A DNA stretch of 64,000 nucleotides, from the NCBI GenBank assembly GCA_964010765.1, contig CAXGMD010000001.1, positions 32,001-96,000 of the forward strand, read 5' to 3'. Below, one piece after another: positions 41,459 to 53,357 of the stretch. The stretch comes from an uncultured bacterium. GTDB lineage: Bacteria > SAR324 > NAC60-12. Each line of letters starts with the position of its first letter. The first letter of the stretch is position 1. The translations under genes were made by a program, and so were the position numbers. The notes beneath the pieces were generated by a model that was given only the letters and a program-made list of their open reading frames with translations, searched no databases and was not told the origin of the DNA.

Positions 41459-42142
41459 TTACTTAGATGATTCAATTACGTTGATAGCTTTCAGGGCCTT
41501 ATCCTTGATCTCTTCATTACCCAGTAGATCAGCAGCCTTGTGTAATGAACGTGCATCAGTAATTTTCACCCCAGGTGCGTAGATATCCAGCATCTTCAAA
41601 ACTCTGTTTTGCACTATCTCAAATTTCTCGGACTTCAAATCCCCTTTATTCTGAAGTCGCCAAATTTTGAATAGACCTTCGCTGTAAATATCGATAGGAG
41701 CTTTGTTTAAAATGGCTCTTTCAAACATTTCCTCAGCTTTGTCCAAGTATCCATCTTTCCTTGCAAGTTCAATCTCCTGAAAGTGAGCTTGCCAGTCAGG
41801 CTGTTCTTCAACAGCTTGAAAAGTGTCATTATCTTTGTGTTCAACCTTAGCCGTTGATTTGGTTTCAATATCTACTGAGGTTGCTCCTTCGGTGGGAACA
41901 GAAGAATTTTCTTTTACTTCGGACTTTTCCTCAGATGAGGTCTCCGAGATAGAAGCTGTTTGAGTATTTTCGATGCTGGAAGAAGGGATTTCACGAACAC
42001 CAGATCCCTGATCATCTCTCTCAAGCTTTATCGTTTTTGACTCAGCACTGGACTGTGAGGCTGTGCTCGTAGTAGTTGTTGATGTCGATGTAGCATTCTC
42101 TTGGGGACCTCCGAAGAGAAGCTTCCAGAAATATGACCACAT
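41459..42142 (-). CDS. Hypothetical protein (Ser/Thr/Glu-rich N-terminus, helical C-terminal domain)
   Basis: 227-aa ORF with an AAGGA-like RBS. Confidence 0.65.
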   Translation of the reverse strand: MWSYFWKLLFGGPQENATSTSTTTTSTASQSSAESKTIKLERDDQGSGVREIPSSSIENTQTASISETSSEEKSEVKENSSVPTEGATSVDIETKSTAKVEHKDNDTFQAVEEQPDWQAHFQEIELARKDGYLDKAEEMFERAILNKAPIDIYSEGLFKIWRLQNKGDLKSEKFEIVQNRVLKMLDIYAPGVKITDARSLHKAADLLGNEEIKDKALKAINVIESSK

Positions 42143-42871
42143 ATTACCATCCTTGGCTATGGTTTAATCCAACTTAGTGTTGCCACTAGTGGGCAACTTT
42201 TTTATGGGATTTAAACTTTGCAATCATCAAACCTATCTAAAATTAGGCTTCTAAACGAATGTTAGAATTCAATTGGAATTACTGGCTTATAAGTAAGCGA
42301 ATTACCCTATCTTATGGAACCGAATTCAAAGATGCAGCAGCTTCGACAAACGCAACACAGTTTTAAACTGTTGTTGACCAGTATTTCATATTCGATCTTA
42401 AGATTCAGACCTTGGAGATCAAGAAGTAAGCTTTCATATCTATGAAGATTTTTAAGAAGCGGTTTGGCCTAGCATAAATTAAGGCGAATTTTTCATAGAC
42501 TCTTGTGTTGATCTTTCTACGTAACTAAGAATTGTTTCAATTAGTTTTAAGAATTCTGAGTACCAGCAACCTTGAGTAAGTAAGTTTATTTGAAAAAAAT
42601 CCTCTATTCAACCAAGAATATTTGGAGTTAGATTGAAGTAAGAAAAGTAGGCGTTTCAGTTTTGGTGAGATTTAGTTTTTTGATTAGTGAGTTAAAGGGT
42701 GGGATTTTTTGAGGTTTGGGTGTGCGCTGCTCTAAGAATTTTTTCGATCATCAAATTCTGGATTTATCTTGAACATACAACCCTTTCTCTTTGAAAATAA
42801 TTGTTTTATTTTTTGCATCCCACTTGATCGTGGGCTGCATTCGAGCGGGTAGTATCACGAAAACAAAATAA

Positions 42872-43816
<945 letters not shown>

Positions 43817-43862
43817 AGTTGATCAAAATTGAACGAAACAGTTATTTGGAAGAGAAAAATCC

Positions 43863-44369
43863 ATGCAAAGTAAAATTCTTTTGAGCGTCATTGGAATTTT
43901 GACGCTCTGTATCCTTGGGCTCCTTGGATATCTATGGTTTCAAGAAATTTTTGATCCCTCGAAACACCCAGTATTATTACTAGGGATGTCAGCGGTTGCG
44001 GGTATGGGAATCATCGTTGGTATTCACGCCTATCGAGCTTCGGCTGATCATGAAGCTGAAGCCTATCGTGAATCGCTAAAAAGAAATCCTCTACCGGAAG
44101 GTCGGAGGCAGGGCATAGTTAAATGGTTCGATCCAAAAAAAGGGTTTGGTTTTATTGCCCAGGACAGTGGCGATGACCTGTTTGTACACCAATCAGAAAT
44201 TCAACAGGACGGTTTCAGATTTCTTAATGAGAACGAAAGGGTAGAGTTTGAGGTGGGTTCTGGCAAGAAAGGTCCAGTTGCCCTCAAAGTGCTGCGCTTG
44301 GATCCACAGCCCCCAAAGGAATATTACGAAGCAGAATTGGTTCAGGAAGTTGTTTCAAAAGCGTCCTAG
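43863..44369 (+). CDS. Cold-shock domain protein with two N-terminal TM helices
   Basis: [15 protein letters not shown] (RNP1) and DLFVHQS (RNP2) follow two hydrophobic segments. Confidence 0.9.
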   Translation: MQSKILLSVIGILTLCILGLLGYLWFQEIFDPSKHPVLLLGMSAVAGMGIIVGIHAYRASADHEAEAYRESLKRNPLPEGRRQGIVKWFDPKKGFGFIAQDSGDDLFVHQSEIQQDGFRFLNENERVEFEVGSGKKGPVALKVLRLDPQPPKEYYEAELVQEVVSKAS

Positions 44370-44429
44370 TTCTACCAATTAAATAGGGGTCTGCAAGGAC
44401 CCTGCTCCACTAAACGTTCAGAAAAAAAT

Positions 44430-45644
44430 ATGAAAAGAGAAAAACTGGTACTCGCCTATTCAGGTGGATTGGATACTTCTGTTTTGGTTCATTGGCTCAC
44501 ATCAGAGGGATACGATGTTATCGCACTATGTCTAGATCTGGGACAGCAAGTTGAAAATTTGGAAGCGATTCGTGCCAAAGGTCACAAAGCTGGTGCAGTA
44601 GAAGTACTGCTTGAGAACGTTCAAGATGAATTCGTAAGGGACTTTGTGGTTCCTGCGATTCAGTGGAATGCGATCTACGAAGGTACCTACTTGTTAGGGA
44701 CCTCACTAGCGAGACCACTGATTGCAAAGAAACAAATTGAAGTCGCCCAACAATATGGAGCTTCTGCAGTTGGCCATGGAGCAACTGGAAAAGGGAATGA
44801 TCAGGTACGTTTCGAACTATCCTACTATTCCTTGCAACCAGATATTCAAGTGGTTGCACCATGGAAAATTCCTGAATTTTTCAAGAAATATCCTGGGCGT
44901 ACGGAACTGTTGGCCTATGCACAACAAAATGGCATCCCCGTAAAAGCAACAGTGCAACAGCCTTGGAGTTCTGATGAAAACCTGATGCACATCAGTTTTG
45001 AATCCGGAATGCTAGAAGATCCCTGGCAGGCTCCGTTAGCAGAAATGTTTGAGTTGTCTAAATCTCCTCAGGATGCCCCTGATCAAAGCAGAGAAATCCT
45101 AATTGAATTTGAGCAAGGGATCCCAGTATCAGTGGATGGAGAGCGATTATCTCCGGCCGCCTTACTCGCTCGCTTGAATCAAATTGGTGGTGAAAATGGC
45201 ATCGGTCGGGTTGACATGGTCGAATCTCGATTTGTTGGGATGAAATCCCGTGGCGTTTATGAAGCCCCAGGGGGCACCATTCTTCATGTTGCCCATCGTG
45301 CTGTTGAGTCTCTTACCCTCGACAGAAATGTCATCAATTTAAAAGACTCCCTGATGCCTCGTTTTGCACAGCTGGCCTACAATGGGTTTTGGTTCTGTCC
45401 AGAGATGGAGCTTTTGCTCTCGCTTGGAAAACAGAGTCAGGAGAGAGTCTCAGGGACAGCACGGTTGAAACTGTACAAGGGGAACTGCATGGTTACTGGT
45501 CGTAAGTCACCTTTCAGTCTTTATGATGAAGATATTGCGACAATGGAGAAGGATCAGGGTGCTTACAACCCGCAAGATGCTGATGGCTTCATACGATTAC
45601 ACGCCCTTCCTCTTCGAATCCAACGTAGGCTGCAGAACAAGTAA
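44430..45644 (+). CDS. argG: Argininosuccinate synthase
   Basis: Motifs AYSGGLDTS, HGATGKGNDQVRFE and GMKSRGVYE. Confidence 0.97.
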   Translation: MKREKLVLAYSGGLDTSVLVHWLTSEGYDVIALCLDLGQQVENLEAIRAKGHKAGAVEVLLENVQDEFVRDFVVPAIQWNAIYEGTYLLGTSLARPLIAKKQIEVAQQYGASAVGHGATGKGNDQVRFELSYYSLQPDIQVVAPWKIPEFFKKYPGRTELLAYAQQNGIPVKATVQQPWSSDENLMHISFESGMLEDPWQAPLAEMFELSKSPQDAPDQSREILIEFEQGIPVSVDGERLSPAALLARLNQIGGENGIGRVDMVESRFVGMKSRGVYEAPGGTILHVAHRAVESLTLDRNVINLKDSLMPRFAQLAYNGFWFCPEMELLLSLGKQSQERVSGTARLKLYKGNCMVTGRKSPFSLYDEDIATMEKDQGAYNPQDADGFIRLHALPLRIQRRLQNK

Positions 45645-45721
45645 TAAGTTGATATCTAGTTTCTAGATTTTTCCCAAGAAAAGGACTGGTGAGGTTGATA
45701 AGGCAGGAGTTGCAGAAAGTC

Positions 45722-45750
45722 AGGCGTCCTGTTTATTTAGGACGCCTTTT
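45722..45750. terminator. Intrinsic terminator between convergent argG and amt
   Basis: AGGCGTCCT-N8-AGGACGCCT followed by T's. Confidence 0.75.
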
Positions 45751-45760
45751 GTATGTGATT

Positions 45761-47050
45761 CTACGATTGAGTGGCGAGTTTACCAGATGGAACAGCTCTT
45801 GTTCCCTTTTCACCGCCGCCACTGCCATAATCGTATCCCGTCGACTGAACGAATTCCGGGTAGGCAGCAAGACCAAATTCTGGGATGTCCATTCCAGAAA
45901 ATTCTTCTTCTTCAGATACTCTTAAGCCCATAATCAATTTCAGAGCAAACCAGACGACAAAGCTCGTTCCAAAAACAAAAGCTCCTACGCAAAGAATCCC
46001 CATAATCTGAGCTCCCAACGATGCATCTGGCTTGAAGATCCCGACAGCCAGAGTTCCCCAAATTCCATTCACCAAGTGAACTGACAGTGCTCCAACTGGG
46101 TCATCAATTTTGAGCTTGTCAAACATTGGTACAGCGTACACGACCAATGCTCCACCGATACCTCCAATCAACATTGCAAGGCCCATTGATGGATAATCAG
46201 GCCCAGCAGTAATCGCGACCAAACCTGAGAGTGCCCCATTCAAGACCATCGTCAGGTCTACTTTTTTATAAAGCAATTGTGTCAGAATCATAGCCACCAC
46301 CGCTCCAGCACATGCGGCAATGTTCGTGTTAGCAAAAACAGCTGATATGGCGTCAGCGTCACCCTTAGAGCCCAGCGCTAATTGAGACCCGCCATTGAAT
46401 CCAAACCAACCCAACCAAAGGATGAAGGTGCCTAGCGTAGCCAGCGGAAGATTTGCTCCTGGAATAGCGTTCACCTTGCCATCAGGACCATATTTGCCTT
46501 TTCGGGCACCAAGTAGAATTGCTCCTGCCAAAGCTGCCCAACCCCCAACGGAATGGACGATGGTTGATCCCGCAAAGTCGCTGAAACCGTCCATCAAGCC
46601 ACCTAAGGCTGTTCCACCCCAACTCCAGTGCCCCTGAATTGGGTAGATGAATGCCGTCAGAACTAGTGTGAAAGCTAGAAACGGCCAAAAGCGGATTCGC
46701 TCAGCTAGTGTTCCTGAAACAATTGAAGCCGCTGTTGCTACAAAAACCACTTGGAAGAAGAAATCGGAGAGTAGACTGTGACTCTCTGATGAAGTTCCCG
46801 ACAGAGCGAAGCCTGAACCCATCACTGCGTTACCTTCGCCATACATCAAGTTGTATCCAACCAGGTAGAATGCGATACAAGCGACCGAGTATAACGTAAT
46901 ATTCTTTGTCAATATAGCTGTCGTATTTTTGCTGCGTACTAGGCCTGCCTCCAGCATTGCGAATCCAGCTGCCATCCACATCACAAAAGCTCCACTGATT
47001 AGCAGCCAAATCGTATCCAGGACATATTTCATCTCTGCTTGAAACTCCAT
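45761..47050 (-). CDS. amtB: Ammonium transporter (Amt family)
   Basis: Motifs GFAMLEAG, DFAGSTIVH, WFGFNGGS and DDPVGALSVH. Confidence 0.95.
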   Translation of the reverse strand: MEFQAEMKYVLDTIWLLISGAFVMWMAAGFAMLEAGLVRSKNTTAILTKNITLYSVACIAFYLVGYNLMYGEGNAVMGSGFALSGTSSESHSLLSDFFFQVVFVATAASIVSGTLAERIRFWPFLAFTLVLTAFIYPIQGHWSWGGTALGGLMDGFSDFAGSTIVHSVGGWAALAGAILLGARKGKYGPDGKVNAIPGANLPLATLGTFILWLGWFGFNGGSQLALGSKGDADAISAVFANTNIAACAGAVVAMILTQLLYKKVDLTMVLNGALSGLVAITAGPDYPSMGLAMLIGGIGGALVVYAVPMFDKLKIDDPVGALSVHLVNGIWGTLAVGIFKPDASLGAQIMGILCVGAFVFGTSFVVWFALKLIMGLRVSEEEEFSGMDIPEFGLAAYPEFVQSTGYDYGSGGGEKGTRAVPSGKLATQS

Positions 47051-47130
47051 AACCGCTCCCCTTTCAAGAAATAAGCGTCTTCAAAGAAACGTACTAATAG
47101 AGCTCATTCATTTGAGCACAAAATATTAGC

Positions 47131-47147
47131 AGCAGAGGAAATGCCAA
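47131..47147 (-). promoter_or_regulatory. Sigma54 (-24/-12) promoter of amt
   Basis: Minus strand TTGGCATTTCCTCTGCT, i.e. GG-N10-GC, about 80 nt upstream of the ATG. Confidence 0.65.
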
Positions 47148-47222
47148 GAAATAATTATTGGTTACATTTATGATATTATTAATTAAATTGATTATCTTAA
47201 CATGAAGGGCTTGAGGAGGGAG

Positions 47223-47258
47223 AGCACAAGCAAAAAGCTTATGCTGAAAAATTAGGCA
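47223..47258. promoter_or_regulatory. Two tandem NtrC-like enhancer-binding sites
   Basis: AGC-N11-GCT (47223-47239) and TGC-N11-GCA (47242-47258), about 75-110 bp upstream of the sigma54 site across an AT-rich spacer. Confidence 0.45.
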
Positions 47259-47294
47259 GAATAGAAGTGGCGGTAAAGAGTTAGATTCTAATTT

Positions 47295-48248
47295 TCAGGC
47301 AGTTCGTTCAAGCCAACTGACAAGGCCTTGGGCATTCAGTTCCCAATCAAGAGCGAGAAGTTGATGTGCTTGGTGCTCGTCCAGTGGACAACTGCGTTTT
47401 TGGGCTTCTTTCCAGATCAGTTCCCAAAGGTCTATTTTTATTTGCTCAAGTTTTACTGTTTTTTCAAGTTTTGCTGCTCTCTGGCCGATCTCAACATGGG
47501 CATCAACCATGCTCAATAGGTCTTCAGCAAGGCTTTCACTATAATCCAGCCTGCTAAAGTGAGTCAAATAAACTGCTTCTGGCTGGAAATTAGCGATACG
47601 CTGGATCGTTGCTTTCATTTCATCAGGATCGAACTGTACCGGAGAAGTCGTTGGTAAAATGAAAACCTGATTGTTGTGGTCAAATTCTCGATAGCTTAAC
47701 CCAAAACTATCCCCTGTAAAGATCGAGCGAGTCAAATGATCAATAATGCAGAAATGGTGGCGGGCATGACCTGGTGTGTCCCAAAATTCCAAAATTCGCC
47801 CATCAAAATCTAGCTGAAATCCATCTTCTGCAACGATCACTCGATCTTTGGAAACTGGGAGGATTTCCCCATAAGTTTTGGACATTTCTTCTGGTCCATA
47901 AACTGCCGTAGCTCCAGCAATCAGTTTGGATGGATCAATCATGTGTCTTGATCCTCGCGGATGAACAACCAACTTTGCGTTGGGAAGTTGGTTCATCAAT
48001 ACACCCACACCTCCCGCATGGTCTAAGTGAACATGTGTGACTATGACGTACTCTACATCTTCTTTGCTTAGGCTATGCTCAGAGAGTCCTTTTAGTAAGT
48101 TAGGAATCAAAGGGGAAGCACCTACATCAACGAAAGCAGCTTTACCATTTTGTAGGATCAAATGACTGGAAACCATGAGCGGACGCATCATTTGTGTGTC
48201 CAGGGCAATAATTCCCTCGTTTTGAAAATTTCGGTAGGTAATCTTCAT
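47295..48248 (-). CDS. MBL-fold metallo-hydrolase
   Basis: Motifs THVHLDHAGG, TPGHARHH and FTGDSFG. Confidence 0.92.
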   Translation of the reverse strand: MKITYRNFQNEGIIALDTQMMRPLMVSSHLILQNGKAAFVDVGASPLIPNLLKGLSEHSLSKEDVEYVIVTHVHLDHAGGVGVLMNQLPNAKLVVHPRGSRHMIDPSKLIAGATAVYGPEEMSKTYGEILPVSKDRVIVAEDGFQLDFDGRILEFWDTPGHARHHFCIIDHLTRSIFTGDSFGLSYREFDHNNQVFILPTTSPVQFDPDEMKATIQRIANFQPEAVYLTHFSRLDYSESLAEDLLSMVDAHVEIGQRAAKLEKTVKLEQIKIDLWELIWKEAQKRSCPLDEHQAHQLLALDWELNAQGLVSWLERTA

Positions 48249-48271
48249 TTGTGTTGCTGGTGAGCTATAAT

Positions 48272-49591
<1,320 letters not shown>

Positions 49592-49603
49592 CTAAGTTGA
49601 TAG

Positions 49604-50407
49604 TCACGGTTTTGATAGTTCAACAGCTCGCAAAAAAGCCTGATGAATTCCCTGTTGAATTCCTGAGCCGATCTTCAAGTCATTGAACTTTTCAATTGCA
49701 GCTGCTGTGGTTCCACCAAGCGATGTTACTCGTTGCCGGAGCGTTCCAGGAGATTCGCCACTGTTTAGCCATAGTTGCGCAGAGCCAAAGATCGTTTGTT
49801 GGACGAGTTGAGTGGCTTCTGATTCGGAAAATCCCAATTTCATAGCTTCTATGACCATTTGCTCTCCGAGATAAAACAGGTAGGCGGGACCACTACCTGA
49901 AATGGCGGTGGCAGCATCAATCATGATCTCGCTCCGTACTTCGAAACACTTGCCACAAGAATCTAGTAGCTGCTTGACAAGCTCTTTCTCAGTCCAATTG
50001 ACTTCTTTAGCAGCATGAAAGACTGACATACCCTGTGCTAGCTGTGCAGGAGTGTTGGGCATGATTCTGACCACCTTAGTGTGATCACTTAGCCGTTGAA
50101 TCGACTCTATGGAGGTCCCAGCGAGAATTGAAAGAAGGAGTTGATGTGAGTGAAGATGATCACGAAGATTGGTGAGAACCTCCCTTGAGATCTGAGGCTT
50201 GATAGCCAACAGGATTAAATCAAAGTTTTCAGATAGATCATCAAACTGATTGGATGTAGCGCAGGAGAGTTGATTTCCAAGATATTCACGCTTTTCTTGA
50301 TCGGGTTCGATCAATAGTAGATTTTTAGGGAGCACTAGTTCTGCCTGAATGACCGCAGTCGCGATCGCACCCCCCATGTTGCCAGTTCCAATAACCGCTA
50401 ATTTCAT
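49604..50407 (-). CDS. proC: Pyrroline-5-carboxylate reductase
   Basis: IGTGNMG, RIMPNTP, SGSGPAY and VTSLGGTT. Start taken as the ATG at 50407. Confidence 0.95.
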   Translation of the reverse strand: MKLAVIGTGNMGGAIATAVIQAELVLPKNLLLIEPDQEKREYLGNQLSCATSNQFDDLSENFDLILLAIKPQISREVLTNLRDHLHSHQLLLSILAGTSIESIQRLSDHTKVVRIMPNTPAQLAQGMSVFHAAKEVNWTEKELVKQLLDSCGKCFEVRSEIMIDAATAISGSGPAYLFYLGEQMVIEAMKLGFSESEATQLVQQTIFGSAQLWLNSGESPGTLRQRVTSLGGTTAAAIEKFNDLKIGSGIQQGIHQAFLRAVELSKP

Positions 50408-50576
50408 ACTTGTCTCGCACTGCAAATGTACTCAGCAAACCTGCAAAATTATGTGTGGACCCACATAATAGTCCAGTGAAAAGCCTAGTATTTTTTGTCT
50501 GATGTAGTCGAACGGAAAAACTGATTAGTAGCTTGAATTCGGAAGATATGAGTTGGGAATGAACTGATAAACTAGA

Positions 50577-52448
50577 TTAAGCAAACTCAATCCAGTTGAC
50601 GGCAAGCAGTTGATCATTTTCAAGATGACTAGCTGATTCACAATTTTTTCTGTGAATCTTGATCATTCGGTTTCTCGAAATATACCCAATAATTTCATCG
50701 CCTGGAACTGGTTTGCAGCAACCTGCTAAAAAAGTAGCTGCTTCCTCTAATCCCTCGACACCAACATGAAATTTCCCAGGAATAAAATGTTTCTGGATGC
50801 TTGAAAGCGTTTTCTCGTTCTTGGGTTGAATTATTGGTAAAGCGGCAGGCTCATTAGGTGCGTCCACAAACCACTGCAGTATTTCCTGTGAGCGCAGAGA
50901 GCCTTGCCCGATGCAATTTAGAACGTGCTCAAAGGATTGAGATTTGCGCTGCTGACATTCATTTTCTAATCGGTTTTCCCGCACCATCCGATTCAAATTT
51001 AACCCTGCCTGCCGAAAATCTTTTTCTAAAACACTCCACGCTTCACGACGGAATTCTTCACGTTTCTGAAGGTTGATAAATTGCCGAATTTTGTTGCGAG
51101 CTTTGTGGGTTTTTACGAAATTCAGCCATTCCTTGGTCGGATTTTGGCGAGAAGAGGTCAGAATCTCAACACAGTCCCCATTTTCAAGTTGGGTATCAAT
51201 TTTACTGATGTTGTTGTTGATTTTTACTCCCGAGATCTGGTTCCCAATATCCGTGTGGATGTGGTAAGCAAAATCAACAGGTGAAGCACCTTTGGGTAGT
51301 TCAAGAATATCTCCTTGAGGAGTCATCGGATAAACGCATTGAAGAGTCTGGTCAAGCTTCTTGAATGACCTATTTAGATCAGCTTTAACCGCAGAACAAC
51401 GATGGGTTTCTTTATACAGCCAGTGGGCAGCAATCCCAAATTCTGCAACAGCATGCATTTCATGCGTGCGGATTTGGATCTCCACGTCATCTCCACCTAG
51501 TGTCGTTACTGTGGTGTGCAGGGATTGATAGCCATTGGGCTTCGGTTGTGTGATGTAGTCTTTGAAGCGATCTTCGTTATGAGGCCATTGCTCGTGAATA
51601 TAGCTCAGTGCGGCATAGCAATCAGCAACGTCGTCAAGCAAGATGCGAAGTGCTATCAAATCTTGGATTCGCTCAAATTGTTGATCAACTTTTTGAAGTT
51701 TCTCATGGATCGAATAGAAGCGCTTATAGCGCCCATAAACTTGATGACTTAGGCCTGCTTTGCGTAAAGTCTGGCGAATTTGGCGAGACATGGACTCTAC
51801 CAGTGCCGATCTTTCATTTCTTTTTTTCGCAACCAGCTTCTTCAATTGATAGTACTGATCAGGCTCCAGTATCTGAAAAGCGTGGTCCTCTAATTCTGCT
51901 TTAATCCAGAAAGTTCCCAGTCTGTTGGCGAGGGGCGCATAAACGTGGAGAGATTGTTTTGCAACTAAATCAAGATGAGATTCTGGCAAGTCCTCAAATT
52001 GCTGGATTCGGTGCAGGCGAATTAGTAACAAAGCCATCATCAACGAGAAATTGCCGCACATCGCGTAAATGAGATCTCTGGCTCGAATCAGATGTTTTTC
52101 TGTCTCCATCTTGAAAGATAGACCATCTATCTGGCGGAGTCTTAAAAATATTTCGTAAGCATTCGGATGACAGAGTTGCTGAGTCATTCGGTCAGGCAAA
52201 TCTGTGTAGGAGGGATAGAGGTATAGAAGCAACCCAGCCTGAAGTTCATCACTTGTTTGACAAACTTGTGAGAGGCGATTCATCAGATTGTTCAAATGAT
52301 TTAACCGATCTGATCCCAATTGTTCCGAAGTCAAGAGAAACCCCAGTTCTGACAAGGCAACAGGCTCAGCAAACGGCCTGGTCTCCCAGAAATTACTTGG
52401 GTTGAGAACCTCAGAATATTTGGTTTGGATTAAGTTCGGTTCAATCAT
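50577..52448 (-). CDS. relA: RelA/SpoT family (p)ppGpp synthetase with a degenerate HD domain, TGS and ZFD but no ACT domain
   Basis: YAPLANRLG, RFKDY, NGYQSLHT, EIQIRT, AAHWLYK, DFAYHIHTDIG and CCKPVPGD; ends ...AVNWIEFA. Confidence 0.85.
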   Translation of the reverse strand: MIEPNLIQTKYSEVLNPSNFWETRPFAEPVALSELGFLLTSEQLGSDRLNHLNNLMNRLSQVCQTSDELQAGLLLYLYPSYTDLPDRMTQQLCHPNAYEIFLRLRQIDGLSFKMETEKHLIRARDLIYAMCGNFSLMMALLLIRLHRIQQFEDLPESHLDLVAKQSLHVYAPLANRLGTFWIKAELEDHAFQILEPDQYYQLKKLVAKKRNERSALVESMSRQIRQTLRKAGLSHQVYGRYKRFYSIHEKLQKVDQQFERIQDLIALRILLDDVADCYAALSYIHEQWPHNEDRFKDYITQPKPNGYQSLHTTVTTLGGDDVEIQIRTHEMHAVAEFGIAAHWLYKETHRCSAVKADLNRSFKKLDQTLQCVYPMTPQGDILELPKGASPVDFAYHIHTDIGNQISGVKINNNISKIDTQLENGDCVEILTSSRQNPTKEWLNFVKTHKARNKIRQFINLQKREEFRREAWSVLEKDFRQAGLNLNRMVRENRLENECQQRKSQSFEHVLNCIGQGSLRSQEILQWFVDAPNEPAALPIIQPKNEKTLSSIQKHFIPGKFHVGVEGLEEAATFLAGCCKPVPGDEIIGYISRNRMIKIHRKNCESASHLENDQLLAVNWIEFA

Positions 52449-53050
52449 TCTTCCGAAGATGGAAACAAATCTTTGAAAAAAGCAAAAAGTTTTACGTCCA
52501 CATGTGAGGTCCTCATCTCCTCCTTTTTCATTAGATTGGAAATTTCAGAAGGATCCACGACATAGACATCTAAAAATTCGCCCGGCTCTGAGTGTGGTTG
52601 GGGAGATTTGTTAGTGGATAAGTTTTCATCAACATCGACGAACACGAAACGACAAGCCTCGCCAAGCATACCAGGAGATGAATACATAGGCTCTGTTACC
52701 CTTCTGACAACACCCTGATAGCCGGTCTCTTCACTCAATTCCCGAAGGGCGGCTCCTGCAGGAGTCTCGCCAGAATCGACTAAACCTGCCGGAAACTCTA
52801 AAACATACCCTCCGGTTGGGGGGCGAAATTGACGAACTAGGATGTATTTTCCACTTGGCCGAAGCTGCGCAACGATGATCGCAGCTTCGTTCCGAGATCT
52901 TCGATAAACTGCCTCCCAACTGCGACGATGACCGGCTTCATCCTCGTAGTCGATCTCTGTAAATTCCAACCAATTAGTAAGGTGCTTCGACTCTTCGTGG
53001 AGAATTTTACTGCGGTGGAGTGGCGACATTACCTTCCTGGCTGGTGACAT
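52445..53050 (-). CDS. Nudix hydrolase (ADP-ribose pyrophosphatase-like)
   Basis: QFRPP; Nudix box GLVDSGETPAGAALRELSEETGY; SPG. Confidence 0.92.
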   Translation of the reverse strand: MSPARKVMSPLHRSKILHEESKHLTNWLEFTEIDYEDEAGHRRSWEAVYRRSRNEAAIIVAQLRPSGKYILVRQFRPPTGGYVLEFPAGLVDSGETPAGAALRELSEETGYQGVVRRVTEPMYSSPGMLGEACRFVFVDVDENLSTNKSPQPHSEPGEFLDVYVVDPSEISNLMKKEEMRTSHVDVKLFAFFKDLFPSSEE

Positions 53051-53357
53051 CCATTGTAAGAATTTTGGAAAACAATAATATTTTTATCATCTAAGTCAAT
53101 GCGACTCCAGATTTTTCGATAAGATTTGGAAACTTTTTAAACAAATACAATTCAACAAAATTTACCAGGAGTGCTTAATTCTTGATCATTCCTATCAATT
53201 TCTAGTCTCCATAAAGCAATCATCCAATCAACATCTGAAAAAAATCCTGCTCAATAAAGAAGACTCCGGTGTCTCCTTTGCAGTGGAGGGTTTGAAACAG
53301 TTTTCAACAGGAGTTTAAATTCTTCAGGGATGAAGCATGGGATATGACGAATTTGAA

